DNA of 64,000 bases from an uncultured Arcobacteraceae bacterium (GTDB taxonomy: Bacteria; Campylobacterota; Campylobacteria; Campylobacterales; Arcobacteraceae). Location of the stretch: the NCBI GenBank assembly GCA_964022095.1, contig CAXHZO010000001.1:192001-256000 (forward strand), in the 5' to 3' direction. The translations under genes and the position numbers were made by a program. Shown here piece after piece: positions 1 through 10,421 of this stretch (its first letter is position 1; each line of letters begins with the position of its first letter). The notes beneath the pieces are model-generated. The model had not been told where the DNA came from, searched no databases, and worked only from the letters and a program-made list of their open reading frames with translations.

Positions 1-2
1 AT

Positions 3-539
3 GCAAAAGCAACAATTGTAAAAGACCCAGATGATTTAAAGAATTTTAATAGAGTTATCTTACCAGGTGTTGGTGCATATGGCGATGCAATGGAACACTT
101 AAATCAAACAGGTATGAAAGAAGCAGTTCTACAATTTGCCAAAACTGGAAAACCTATGATTGGAATATGTCTTGGAATGCAACTTTTATTTGAAAGTTCG
201 CAAGAGTTTGGACATACTCAAGGACTAGGTTTAATTGATGGGGAAGTTGTAAAATTTGATAAATCAAGAATGCATGAAGATCACAAAATTCCACATATGG
301 GATGGAATACAATTGTAAATAAAGAGCATCTATTGTTTGATGGACTAAAAGATCCTTATTTATATTTTGTTCACTCTTATCATGCAGTTACACATGAGAA
401 AAATATAATTGGAACTACAAACTATGGATATGAGTTTGCAAGTGCAGTTAACAAAGATAACATTTATGGATTTCAACCACATCCAGAAAAATCTCATGAT
501 AATGGTATTCAAATTTTAAAGAACTTCATGAAAATCTAA
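3..539 (+). CDS. hisH: Imidazole glycerol phosphate synthase glutamine amidotransferase subunit (5'-truncated by window)
   Basis: Frame is open from base 3 (..VILPGVGAYGDAM), with GICLGMQLL, PHMGWN, YFVHSY and FQPHPEKS motifs. Confidence 0.97.
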   Translation, partial: AKATIVKDPDDLKNFNRVILPGVGAYGDAMEHLNQTGMKEAVLQFAKTGKPMIGICLGMQLLFESSQEFGHTQGLGLIDGEVVKFDKSRMHEDHKIPHMGWNTIVNKEHLLFDGLKDPYLYFVHSYHAVTHEKNIIGTTNYGYEFASAVNKDNIYGFQPHPEKSHDNGIQILKNFMKI

Positions 540-559
540 ATCTTTAAAAAGGAGCTCTT

Positions 560-1411
560 ATGAAAACAATTGCTATAACAGGAGCTAGTGGTTTTGTAGG
601 TACTAGTTTACGAAACTTTTTCACTAACAAATATTACAAAGTTATCTCAATACAAAGAGAAACACTAAATAATAAATCAAGATTAGAAGAGAATATTGAC
701 TCTTCTGATATTGTTATAAACCTAGCTGGTGCTAATATTATCAATAGATGGAGTGACTCATATAAAAAACTTCTATACTCCAGTAGAATAGAAACTACAA
801 AAAAAATCGTTGATGCTATTGAAAATGTCAAAAATAAACCTGAACTTCTAATATCAACTTCAGCAGTTGGAATTTATGATAATAAAGCTACATACACAGA
901 AGAGGGAAATCACTCAAAAGACTTTTTAAGTTCACTTTGTGAAGACTGGGAAAAAGAAGCTTTAAAAGCTAAAAGTGATAAAACAGATGTATCAATCTTT
1001 AGATTTGGTATTGTTTTAGGAAAAAATGGAGGGGCATTAGCAAAAATGATTACTCCATTTAAATTTGGTCTTGGTGGAGTTATTGGAAATGGTAAGCAAG
1101 CATTTTCATTTATTCATATTCAAGATTTATTAGAGGCTTATAAATTCATAATAGAAAATCCTTGTTCAAAAGTATTTAATCTAAGTGCACCATGTCCAAC
1201 TACAAATGCAGGATTAACAAACGCTTTAGGTAAAACACTAAAAAGACCTACTATACTTCCAGTACCAGAATTTGTTTTAAGACTTATTTTCTCAGAAGGT
1301 GCTAAAGTTTTAACGGATGGACAGAGTGCTATTCCTCAAAATTTATTAGACCTGGGATTTGAGTTTAAATACAAAACAATAGAAGATACAATCGAAGATT
1401 TGTGTAAATAA
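560..1411 (+). CDS. TIGR01777-family NAD-dependent epimerase/oxidoreductase (YfcH-like)
   Basis: ITGASGFVG Rossmann motif, INLAGANI, SAVGIY, RFGIVLG, GGAL..M, C-terminal DUF1731-like region. Confidence 0.9.
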   Translation: MKTIAITGASGFVGTSLRNFFTNKYYKVISIQRETLNNKSRLEENIDSSDIVINLAGANIINRWSDSYKKLLYSSRIETTKKIVDAIENVKNKPELLISTSAVGIYDNKATYTEEGNHSKDFLSSLCEDWEKEALKAKSDKTDVSIFRFGIVLGKNGGALAKMITPFKFGLGGVIGNGKQAFSFIHIQDLLEAYKFIIENPCSKVFNLSAPCPTTNAGLTNALGKTLKRPTILPVPEFVLRLIFSEGAKVLTDGQSAIPQNLLDLGFEFKYKTIEDTIEDLCK

Positions 1412-1432
1412 AACTAAACAAGGAAGTATTAT

Positions 1433-2140
1433 ATGGATATTTTACCAGCAATTGATCTAAAAGATGGAAAAGCTGTAAGATTAAGTAAAGGACTTATGGA
1501 TAGTGCGAAAATCTATTCTGATGAGCCATGGCAAGTAGCAAAAAGATTTGAAGAGTTAGGTAGCAAATGGGTTCATGTTGTTGATTTAAATGGTGCCTTT
1601 GCAGGAGAGCCAGCAAATTTAGAGCAAATCAAAAAGATTAAAGAAAATTGTAACTTAAAGATTGAAGTTGGTGGTGGAATCAGAGATGAAGAGACTATCA
1701 AAATGTATTTAGAGCTTGGAATTGATAGATTAATTTTAGGTTCAATTGCGGTAAAAGATCCTCAATTTGTAAAAGATATGGCTAGTAAATATCCAATTGC
1801 TGTTGGAATTGATGCGATGAATGGAATGGTTGCAGTCGAAGGTTGGGCAGAGGTTTCAACTATGAAGGCAACTGATTTAGCAAAAGAGTTTGCAAATGCA
1901 GGTGTTGAAGCGATTATTTGTACAGATATTTCAAAAGATGGAATGCTTTGTGGTGTAAATGTAGAATTTACTGAATCAATAGCACTTGCATCTGGAGTTG
2001 ATACAATTGCAAGTGGTGGAGTAAAAGATATAAATGACATCACTAATTGTAAAGAAAATGGAAATGTAACTGGAGTAATAGTTGGTAAAGCATTTTACGA
2101 AGGTACTCTTGATTTAGAAGAGGCTTTTAAAGCCCTTTAA
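1433..2140 (+). CDS. hisA: ProFAR isomerase HisA
   Basis: [40 protein letters not shown] motifs. Confidence 0.98.
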   Translation: MDILPAIDLKDGKAVRLSKGLMDSAKIYSDEPWQVAKRFEELGSKWVHVVDLNGAFAGEPANLEQIKKIKENCNLKIEVGGGIRDEETIKMYLELGIDRLILGSIAVKDPQFVKDMASKYPIAVGIDAMNGMVAVEGWAEVSTMKATDLAKEFANAGVEAIICTDISKDGMLCGVNVEFTESIALASGVDTIASGGVKDINDITNCKENGNVTGVIVGKAFYEGTLDLEEAFKAL

Positions 2141-2156
2141 TTAAAAAGGTTAGTGA

Positions 2157-2327
2157 ATGTGTCTTATCATCTCTCTAATCTTTTCAAGCCTAGCATATAC
2201 TTTCTATGAAGATGGAAATATGCAAGGCTTTTATATAAATATCTCAATCGCCCTATTCTTTATACTACTAATGACTAGAAATATACTAAAAACTAAAAAA
2301 CTAAAAGACAATGAAAGAAAAAATTAA
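2157..2327 (+). CDS. Small 56-aa two-TM membrane protein (below ORF-track cutoff)
   Basis: Hand translation MCLIISLIFSSLAYTFYEDGNMQGFYINISIALFFILLMTRNILKTKKLKDNERKN*; AAAAGG SD upstream; fills the hisA-MFS gap and overlaps the MFS start. Confidence 0.75.
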   Translation: MCLIISLIFSSLAYTFYEDGNMQGFYINISIALFFILLMTRNILKTKKLKDNERKN

Positions 2328-3624
2328 ACAAAAAACAGAATCAATTTATGAAAAACTCATGAATGAAGAAGATGCAAGAGTTTGTAAAGCTATTGATGAA
2401 AGTGCTTGTAAAGTAGTTCCTGGAAACTTTTTTCTTACTATTATTAGCTACTTTTTTAATAAACTAGCTGATAGTGTTGCTAATACAAAAGTAATCATTC
2501 CTTGGATTATGCAAAGTCTTAATGTCCCACTTTTTTTAATTAGTTTTTTAGTTCCGATTAGAGAATCAGGATCATTACTACCACAACTATTAATTGCTGC
2601 ATTTGTACGTAAAATGCCTATTAGAAAATATGTATGGAGTATTGGAGCATTTTTACAAGCAATATCAATGATAGGTATTGGAATTGTGGCATGGAATATG
2701 ACAGGACTTAATGCTGGTATTGCTATTATTGCTTTGATAATAATTTTTTCTTTAGCAAGAGGACTTAGCTCTGTTGCAGCAAAAGATGTACTTGGTAAAA
2801 CAATTCCAAAAACAAGAAGAGGAGCTCTAAATGGATACTCTGGAAGCTTAGCTGGTCTTTTAGTAATTGGTCTTGGAGTTTATTTTCTTAGCATTGGAGA
2901 AAAACCTTTTTCACCTCAAAACTTTGGAATAATACTTTTTGTAGCAGGATTTTTTTGGATAATAGCAGGACTGGTATATTCAAGAATACAAGAGTTTGAA
3001 GGGGAAACTGAAGGTGGAGGAAATGCTATTAGTGTTGCATTAAAAAAAGTAAGTTTACTTAAAACAGATAAAGACTTTAGAAACTTTGTAATCTCAAGAG
3101 CACTATTTTTATGCTCAGTCTTATCAGCACCATTTTTTGTGATACTAGCTCAACAACACTCTAACTCTAATAACTACTTACTTGGTCTGTTTATACTTGC
3201 AGGTGGAATTGCCGAATTTTCTTCATCAATTATTTGGGGAAAGTTATCTGATAAATCTAGCAAAAAATCTATGATAATAGGAGCAAGTATTTCTTCGGCC
3301 TTAGGATTTTTAGTATTTTTTCTAGATACTTTTTATGAAAATATTTTTGCTACTATTTGGATAATGCCCATAATCTATTTTGTTTTAACAGTTGGTTATC
3401 AAGGAATTAGAATAGGAAGAAAAACTTATTTAGTAGACTTAGCAGGTGGAAATAAAAGAACGGATTATGTGGCTGTTTCAAATAGTATTATTGGATTTAT
3501 TTTATTAGGTAGTGGATTTATTGGAGTTTTAAGCTCACTTATTGGTCTTAATGGAATTATTCTTTTATTAGCAATCATAGGTTTAATAGGAGTTTATATA
3601 TCTTCTAAATTACCTGAAGTTTAA
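2311..3624 (+). CDS. MFS-type permease
   Basis: About 12 hydrophobic segments; WGKLSDKSSKK MFS loop motif; N-terminal EDARVC..I...AC signature. Confidence 0.85.
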   Translation: MKEKIKQKTESIYEKLMNEEDARVCKAIDESACKVVPGNFFLTIISYFFNKLADSVANTKVIIPWIMQSLNVPLFLISFLVPIRESGSLLPQLLIAAFVRKMPIRKYVWSIGAFLQAISMIGIGIVAWNMTGLNAGIAIIALIIIFSLARGLSSVAAKDVLGKTIPKTRRGALNGYSGSLAGLLVIGLGVYFLSIGEKPFSPQNFGIILFVAGFFWIIAGLVYSRIQEFEGETEGGGNAISVALKKVSLLKTDKDFRNFVISRALFLCSVLSAPFFVILAQQHSNSNNYLLGLFILAGGIAEFSSSIIWGKLSDKSSKKSMIIGASISSALGFLVFFLDTFYENIFATIWIMPIIYFVLTVGYQGIRIGRKTYLVDLAGGNKRTDYVAVSNSIIGFILLGSGFIGVLSSLIGLNGIILLLAIIGLIGVYISSKLPEV

Positions 3625-3629
3625 TATAC

Positions 3630-4637
3630 TCATCTATTTTTTGCAACTTCCCTCATATCAATATTTTTATCAAGTTCATCAATTATTTCTCGGCCAAGTA
3701 AAGTTTCCATAGCATCTTCTAGTGTTACAATACCTTCTGTTTGACCAAATTTATCAACTACTATAAATAAATGCTCTTTTTTCTTCAAAAATAAATCAAG
3801 AAGTTTAGATACAGATAAGTTTTCACTAACTTTAAATACAGGCTTTATAAGTTTTTCTATGTCATTTGATTTATTTATATGTTCAAAGAAGTACTCTTTT
3901 GATAAAATAACACCCATAATATCATCAATATCTTTATTGTAAATAGGAACTCTAGAGTACTCTTTTAGTTTTTCTAAATTTTTTCTAGAATCAAAGACAT
4001 TTTTTAATTCATCTAAACTAAGTGAAAACATAACTTTTCTAGGAGTATAAATATCCTTAACTCTAACGTTATTCAAGTAAAGAATATTTTCTATGATTTC
4101 ACTGTCTTTTTCTTTTATTATCCCTTCTCTTTCCCCAATATTTACAACAGCTTCAATCTCTTCTTTTGTAATATTCTTTTTATCTTTTTTATTAGATATT
4201 AAAGCTGTAATTTTATTCATTACCATTAATAAAGGATAAGTTAAAAATACAAGTATTTTTATAATATAAGAGCTAATACCACTTAACTGTTTCCAATAAA
4301 CTGCACCTATAGTCTTAGGTATGATTTCTGAAAACACTAATATCAATAAAGTTAATATTGCTGAAATATAAAACATAAATTCTTGGCCAAATATCTTGAC
4401 AGCTTCTGCACCAACACCAGCTGCTCCTAAAGTGTGAGCAAAAGTATTCAAGGTCAAAATTGCACCTATTGATAAATCAATATCTCTTTTTTGTTTTATA
4501 AGTCTTTTTGCTAAAGTAGGTTTAGTTTTCAAAAGAGACTGAATATATGCAGGAGTTAAAGAAAGTAGCACTGCTTCTAAGATTGAACATAAAAAAGATA
4601 TACCTATTGCTATGAAAAAATATGTAAGTAGTAACAT
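3630..4637 (-). CDS. CNNM/DUF21 + CBS-domain protein (CorC/HlyC-like)
   Basis: SFLCSILEAVLLS, ILTLNTFAHT, SEIIPK, TPR, SRVPIY, GIVTLED motifs. Confidence 0.92.
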   Translation of the reverse strand: MLLLTYFFIAIGISFLCSILEAVLLSLTPAYIQSLLKTKPTLAKRLIKQKRDIDLSIGAILTLNTFAHTLGAAGVGAEAVKIFGQEFMFYISAILTLLILVFSEIIPKTIGAVYWKQLSGISSYIIKILVFLTYPLLMVMNKITALISNKKDKKNITKEEIEAVVNIGEREGIIKEKDSEIIENILYLNNVRVKDIYTPRKVMFSLSLDELKNVFDSRKNLEKLKEYSRVPIYNKDIDDIMGVILSKEYFFEHINKSNDIEKLIKPVFKVSENLSVSKLLDLFLKKKEHLFIVVDKFGQTEGIVTLEDAMETLLGREIIDELDKNIDMREVAKNR

Positions 4638-4665
4638 GTTATTCCAATTAATCTACTCTAAATAT

Positions 4666-7620
4666 CTATTTCTCTAGCATTGTATAGTGAAGTTCTAATC
4701 CACTAGAAGTTGCTACAAATCCATTTACATTTATACTACCATCATGTACCATTTTATGATGTTCTTTACATAATGGAACTAAATTATATTTATGATTTTG
4801 ATTTATGTGTCCAATAAAGCCATCTTTATTCGCTCTTGCCTGCTCTTTTATATGGTGAACATCATCACAAGCTTTTCCACAAATAACACAATTTGAAGCG
4901 AATACATCTTTGTTGTATTTAGAGGTTTTTCTTTTTGATAATCTCTCTATTGGATTATAATCATCAGTTAGTTTTTTTCTAATATCATTTGCAACACTTA
5001 AGAACTCTTTATCCATATGAAGAGATTTTGCATACTCTAATCCATACATAGATGAACCACTTCCATAAGCTAGCTTTCTATCAAATATCAACTTATCTTC
5101 ATCATCTTTATACATAACTGATAAATGAAGTGAAATTATATTTTTTAGCTTTTGAATCTCTTCTAGCTCTGGTAATTGATGTAAGTGTGTTGCAAAAACA
5201 AATATTGATTGAAGTTTTGCAAGTTTTAATATTGCACTTGCAACAATACTTAATCCACTCATTGTTTCAGTACTATGTGATATTTCATCACCAAGAACTA
5301 GTGAACTTTTTGAAGCTCTATTAAAAATATTTTTTAGCTCTAACATCTCAACTGCAAATGATGATAAACCTTTTGCAATATTATCAGCCCCACTAATTCT
5401 TGTAAACACTGCATCAAATATAGAAAATCTCATAGATTTTGCAGGTACATAAAAACCTGCTTGAGCTAAAATAACTGAGATTCCAATAGCTTTCATAAGT
5501 GAAGATTTACCTGAAGAGTTTATACCAAATAATAATACTCCATGCATTTTATTGTTATAAATATTAACTGGATTTGAGTTTTTAATAATAACATTATCTT
5601 TGTACTCTTTAGAAGCATGACTTAATTCACCTAAAATTACATCATTTGGTACATAAATACCTTGCTCTTCATTTGCTTCAATTATAGGGTGTCTTAAATC
5701 AATAAGTTCAATAAAGTTTTCATCCTCTTTTGTTTTTACGATTTTTGGACAAGTATAATTGTATTTTTTAGCTGTTTTGATATTTGATACTGTTAAATCA
5801 ACTTCAGCGATAAACTGAACTAATTCTTCAAGAAGTGTTGCGAACTTTTTCTCAAACTCTGCAATTTTTTCTTTAAATACTAGTTTATTTAATTCAACTA
5901 TTTTTCTTAAATTATGAACATATTTATCTGATACTTTCTCTGTGATTTTACAAAAGATTTTTACATTGTTTGTTTGCACTTTTACTGTAAAATCTTTGAA
6001 TAAATGTAAATCATCATCAATTATAATATGAGAGTTTTGCAAGTCATCTTTAATTAAATTGTATCTATTTTTAGTTAGAGTTAAAAAAAATCCCTCTTTA
6101 TCTAATCTATTAATTCCAACATAATTTCTATCTTCAGTTTTTAAAAAAGTTAATACGTGTGCTCTTAATAATTCTAACTTAGAATATAGCTGTTCATTTT
6201 GAGAATTCAACTCATCAATTTGTGTATTAATTCCTTCACAAACCATGTTTCTTTCAACATCTTTTAGCATATATTTACCACTAATTGATAAATCAAATGT
6301 TGAATCAATAGATTGAATAAATAGTTCAAGTTCAGCACTACTACAAGGAGGAGCTAAAAACTTGTAATTTTCCATAAAAGAAACTACTTCTTTAATACTA
6401 AGAAGTGAATCATAAAGATAGTTCAACTCAAAAGGATGGAGTCTATTTAACTTTATTCTTCTTGTAAGTCTTTCTATATCATAAATGTTTGCTAGTTCAT
6501 TCTCAATTGGTGTGTGATAATCAAAAAGTTCTTTTGAAAGTGCAAATCTTCTTAAAATTTCTTTGCTATCTTTTACAGGATGTGTTAATCTTTCTTTTAA
6601 AAGTCTTTTACCCATTGCAGTTGAAGTGTTATTGATTAATTTTATTAAACTTGGGTTATGTGTTGTTTCAATAACATTTAACTGCTCTAATGCATTATTT
6701 CCTAAATAAATATACCTACTAACATCAAGTTTAGCAGGAAATGATAATTTTTGAATAATATTTGAATCATGCCCTATTACAAAATCAATTAAAACAGCAA
6801 GTGATTCTGTACTTAAAGGAACTCTTTCCATATCAAGATGCTCAATTGCTGTTAAAAGAGATTGGATATTAAAAACATTTTTAAATAGTTCATTTTGATA
6901 ATTTATTTTTGGTCTAAAAGAGCCTATATGAAATGTTTTTAGTTTTAATTCTAAGTAATCAATTACTTCTTTTTGATCAATTAACTTATCTGCAAAAGTA
7001 ATTACTACTTCATTAGTTTTATGCATATTCATATAATTAAATACTTCATCTAGTGCAAAAAACTTATCTTCACTTGTTCCATGAACTTCATTGTAATAAC
7101 ACTTCCCAGTAGTTACATCAATAGCACTATAACCAACTAAATATATACCTTTTACCTGGTCAATTAAAAGTGAAGTAATGTTATTTTCATCTTGGTCAAC
7201 TACAAAATCAAAGTTAGTACCAGGACTAACTACTGTATCAAGGTATCTAGATACATTAGGTGGAACACCTTTTTGTCGAACTATTGCGATAGTATATTTT
7301 TGTTCGCCAATTATTCTTGCTAAGTGCTTATCAAAAGAAATTGCAGGAACACCTGCCATAATTGGATTTTCTTTTGAGTTTTCTAAGATTGTTTTATTTT
7401 TTCTTGTTAGTTGAATATTTAATAGTTCAGCAATCTCTTTTGCTTTTCCTATTTGTTCTTCTTCATTATTTACTTCGTAAACTTCAAAAAATGTTCCTAT
7501 TTCCATTAATACAACAGTATTAGGACCATATTTTTTCTCAAACAGCTTTTGAAGTTCAAAATATGTAATTGTCAGTAAAGTTTTTTTATCAGCTAAAAGC
7601 TCTGCTACTTCTTCTCTCAC
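4666..7620 (-). CDS. MutS-family ATPase with C-terminal HNH endonuclease (MutS7 type)
   Basis: GTFFEVY mismatch-binding motif, MGKRLLKERL, RHPIIE, GINSSGKS Walker A, SSFAVEM, GDEI, FATHLH; C-terminal CVIC..VHH..NLVPLCKEHH HNH domain. Confidence 0.93.
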   Translation of the reverse strand: MREEVAELLADKKTLLTITYFELQKLFEKKYGPNTVVLMEIGTFFEVYEVNNEEEQIGKAKEIAELLNIQLTRKNKTILENSKENPIMAGVPAISFDKHLARIIGEQKYTIAIVRQKGVPPNVSRYLDTVVSPGTNFDFVVDQDENNITSLLIDQVKGIYLVGYSAIDVTTGKCYYNEVHGTSEDKFFALDEVFNYMNMHKTNEVVITFADKLIDQKEVIDYLELKLKTFHIGSFRPKINYQNELFKNVFNIQSLLTAIEHLDMERVPLSTESLAVLIDFVIGHDSNIIQKLSFPAKLDVSRYIYLGNNALEQLNVIETTHNPSLIKLINNTSTAMGKRLLKERLTHPVKDSKEILRRFALSKELFDYHTPIENELANIYDIERLTRRIKLNRLHPFELNYLYDSLLSIKEVVSFMENYKFLAPPCSSAELELFIQSIDSTFDLSISGKYMLKDVERNMVCEGINTQIDELNSQNEQLYSKLELLRAHVLTFLKTEDRNYVGINRLDKEGFFLTLTKNRYNLIKDDLQNSHIIIDDDLHLFKDFTVKVQTNNVKIFCKITEKVSDKYVHNLRKIVELNKLVFKEKIAEFEKKFATLLEELVQFIAEVDLTVSNIKTAKKYNYTCPKIVKTKEDENFIELIDLRHPIIEANEEQGIYVPNDVILGELSHASKEYKDNVIIKNSNPVNIYNNKMHGVLLFGINSSGKSSLMKAIGISVILAQAGFYVPAKSMRFSIFDAVFTRISGADNIAKGLSSFAVEMLELKNIFNRASKSSLVLGDEISHSTETMSGLSIVASAILKLAKLQSIFVFATHLHQLPELEEIQKLKNIISLHLSVMYKDDEDKLIFDRKLAYGSGSSMYGLEYAKSLHMDKEFLSVANDIRKKLTDDYNPIERLSKRKTSKYNKDVFASNCVICGKACDDVHHIKEQARANKDGFIGHINQNHKYNLVPLCKEHHKMVHDGSINVNGFVATSSGLELHYTMLEK

Positions 7621-8051
7621 CTTCTTTTTCTAACTCCCGTCCAATCTCTAATTAGATTTCTTTGCTCTTTTGTTAAATCACCCTCTTCATGAAGCCATAT
7701 ATAACTCATTAAAGGCATAGAACCATATACTGTTCTATAAATTGCTTTTAATTTCTTTGTCTTATCTTCTTCATTATAATTTTTCCAAGTAGAAAAATTT
7801 AATGCTTTTCTACCTTCATTAACATGATTTGATATTACCCAAGAAAATGGAGCAATATGTGAGTATAAAGGCCATTTAACTTCATTTGAATGACAATCAT
7901 AACAAGCATTTTTAAATATCGTCATTACTTCAGTAGGGGCTTGTATTTCTAATGTTTTATCAACACTTGGCAAGTCTTTGTTTGTTTGAATAAATTGCAT
8001 AACAATAAATACAATTAAAAATACTAATAATGCTCTTTTCATATTACTCAC
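7617..8051 (-). CDS. Haem-binding domain protein (Haem_bd, monohaem c)
   Basis: N-terminal TM, ACYDCHSN CxxCH, APFSW, GRKALNFS, MP..Y..LH. Confidence 0.88.
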   Translation of the reverse strand: MSNMKRALLVFLIVFIVMQFIQTNKDLPSVDKTLEIQAPTEVMTIFKNACYDCHSNEVKWPLYSHIAPFSWVISNHVNEGRKALNFSTWKNYNEEDKTKKLKAIYRTVYGSMPLMSYIWLHEEGDLTKEQRNLIRDWTGVRKRR

Positions 8052-8379
8052 ACATCAAAGTATATGGTCTTTTAATTTCTTCTATAAACTGATAAATACC
8101 CATGTTTCGTCCATACCTTTTAAACTCTTTTTTATCAAAATAAATTACCGTTGTAGGTATAGAAAATACAGTAAATTGGCTTGTAATTTCTTTATGTATA
8201 TCAGTTTGTACTTCGTAAATTTTGAATTTAGGGAAATTAGCAGATACTTCTTTTTCAATTTTTGGTTTTAGTACTTTACAAACTGAACAATTTTCTCCAC
8301 TAAAGTATATTAATACAGGTTCACCTGTATTAATACAATCATTTAGTTGTTGTAGTGTTTGGATTTTCTGCAAATTCAT
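8044..8379 (-). CDS. Thioredoxin-family protein
   Basis: CSVC active-site motif, FSIPT cis-Pro region; start placed at MNLQK (uncertain); overlaps the upstream gene's 3' end. Confidence 0.85.
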   Translation of the reverse strand: MNLQKIQTLQQLNDCINTGEPVLIYFSGENCSVCKVLKPKIEKEVSANFPKFKIYEVQTDIHKEITSQFTVFSIPTTVIYFDKKEFKRYGRNMGIYQFIEEIKRPYTLMCE

Positions 8380-10360
8380 CTTCCAATTCATCACCAACAC
8401 ATTTTATTGGATCATCACTATTAACGTTTACTTGATAAGCTTTTTCTCTAAAAATATCTTCTTTTGTTAAAGAGATACCTTTCATATGAGATAATGGGAA
8501 GGCAAAGGCAACACCTTTTCCAGTTGTTGTAATATGAAGAGAATGAATAATAGATTTTATAACTTCATTTACTAAATGTCTTGGTAATAAAAACAATAAC
8601 ATCGCATCAGTTGCTTCAAATGATGTTCTATAGAAGTTTGCCATTCCTTCCAGTCCAATACCATGAGCATTTATTACTGTAGCTCCACTTGCACCTGCTT
8701 TATGTGCTGCTTGAATTGCATCAGATTTTTTATCTTCAGGAACAATGATCACAACGGCACTAAACTCTAATGCTAAAGAGTGTCTTACTTTTGAGCCATC
8801 AATATTTACTGTTGATAAATCCATATTCTCTGCATCTGCAATATTATCATGTAATAACTCTTCTTTTTCAATCTCAGTATCAGATTTAACTCCAAGTTTT
8901 TCAGTTATTATTCCATACAACATAACTGTAATCATTGGGAAAAGAGAAGCAAATGCAATTAAACCAAATCCATCAATTAATGGACTTCTTCCTTCAATAT
9001 TAGTTGCTAAACCAATACCAAGTGCAGCAACTAAAGGTACTGTAACAGTTGAAGTAGTAACCCCACCTGAATCATATGCAATTGGAATAATATACTTAGG
9101 TGCAACAAAAGTTAAAATGATTACAACTAAATATCCAACAATAATATAATAATGAATATGTCCACCATCAACAATTCTAAAAGCACCTAATGCAATACCT
9201 ATTGCAACACCAGCTGCTACAAATAGTCTTAAAGCAAAGTCATTAATCTTACCATCACTAATCTCTTTTGCTTTTTTAGCAATCGCCATTAATGCAGGTT
9301 CTGCCATAGTTGTTGAAAATCCAATTGCAAATGCAAATGCATAAATCATTAATACAGAAGATGATTTAGTAAGTTGATAGGCCATTGTCTCACCAAGTGA
9401 GAATAGACCCATTTCAAGTCCTAGTATAAATGCATATAAACCAATAATTACAAGAACAAAACCTAAAAATACAGTTTTTAATTTCTCAATTGGTTTTTTT
9501 AGTACAGCATACTGAAAGAAAAAGATAATTGCTAAAATAGGAATAACATCTTTTACAACTGATAAAATACCACTTAAAACAGATTGAATAGTAATTGTTG
9601 TTGCTTCTGATACAGTAGCTTGAATAACAACAGACCCTACATCTTTTGCATCAACTAAACTATAAACTGCAATTCCATAAATTTGTACAAAAATCATTGG
9701 AGTTAATGATGCAAAAGCAATTAAACCAAATCCATCAATAACAGGATTTCTTCCTTTTATTGAAGAAGCTAATCCAATACCAAGAGCAGCTACTAGTGGC
9801 ACAGTTACAGTTGAAGTTGTTACTCCACCTAAATCGTATGCAAGACCAATAATCTCTTGAGGTGCAAAAAACGTAACACCAACAACTAAGATGTATCCAG
9901 CAATTATATAGTAGTGTATTGGATGACCTTTGATGATTCTAAATACACCTAAAAGTATTGCAAATCCAACTGAACCTGCAACAACAAACCTAAGCCAAGT
10001 TGCATCAATACGGCCACTTGATATGGAAGCTGCTTTATCTGCAATAACTGCAAGTGCAGGTTCTGCAATAGTAGTACCAAAACCAATTAAAAAACCAAAT
10101 ATTAGTATCCAAGTAGTCCAACCTGACTTCGCAAAATCACGGGCTAAGCCTTCTCCTACTGGAAATACTCCAATCTCTAGACCTTGTAAAAAAATTGCTA
10201 ATCCAACTCCTACAATACCTAATCCAATTGCAGTACTAACCCATCCATCTGGTACAGCTTGAATAATAGCAAGTTGAAAAAATAAAATTACAACGATTAT
10301 TGGGATTAAATCCCTGAATGATTCTTTTAAGAGTTTTAGAAAGAAATAGAATTGTAACAA
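8339..10360 (-). CDS. Tandem DUF1538 membrane domains fused to a C-terminal P-II-like domain
   Basis: Two repeats of T.AEPAL and AYD.GGVTTSTVTVPLVAALGIGLA..DGFGLIAFASL; C-terminal GASGATVINAHGIG...GKGVAFAFP P-II-like motifs. Confidence 0.85.
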   Translation of the reverse strand: MLQFYFFLKLLKESFRDLIPIIVVILFFQLAIIQAVPDGWVSTAIGLGIVGVGLAIFLQGLEIGVFPVGEGLARDFAKSGWTTWILIFGFLIGFGTTIAEPALAVIADKAASISSGRIDATWLRFVVAGSVGFAILLGVFRIIKGHPIHYYIIAGYILVVGVTFFAPQEIIGLAYDLGGVTTSTVTVPLVAALGIGLASSIKGRNPVIDGFGLIAFASLTPMIFVQIYGIAVYSLVDAKDVGSVVIQATVSEATTITIQSVLSGILSVVKDVIPILAIIFFFQYAVLKKPIEKLKTVFLGFVLVIIGLYAFILGLEMGLFSLGETMAYQLTKSSSVLMIYAFAFAIGFSTTMAEPALMAIAKKAKEISDGKINDFALRLFVAAGVAIGIALGAFRIVDGGHIHYYIIVGYLVVIILTFVAPKYIIPIAYDSGGVTTSTVTVPLVAALGIGLATNIEGRSPLIDGFGLIAFASLFPMITVMLYGIITEKLGVKSDTEIEKEELLHDNIADAENMDLSTVNIDGSKVRHSLALEFSAVVIIVPEDKKSDAIQAAHKAGASGATVINAHGIGLEGMANFYRTSFEATDAMLLFLLPRHLVNEVIKSIIHSLHITTTGKGVAFAFPLSHMKGISLTKEDIFREKAYQVNVNSDDPIKCVGDELEDEFAENPNTTTTK

Positions 10361-10392
10361 ATTAAGAGTCTCCTTGTGTTTTTATGAAAGCA

Positions 10393-10418
10393 ATAAACAG
10401 CTCAAAGGAGCTATTTAT
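10393..10418 (-). terminator. Probable intrinsic terminator after leuA
   Basis: AGCTC-aaag-GAGCT hairpin with A/T-rich flanks just after the leuA stop. Confidence 0.5.
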
Positions 10419-10421
10419 ATT

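Noticed and set aside
8745-10262. Plus-strand ORFs 8745-9149 and 9930-10262
   Set aside because: Antisense shadows of the DUF1538 gene. The same applies to the other 60-145 aa antisense ORFs in the track (e.g. 1762-2043, 20932-21291, 36689-37126, 44193-44510).
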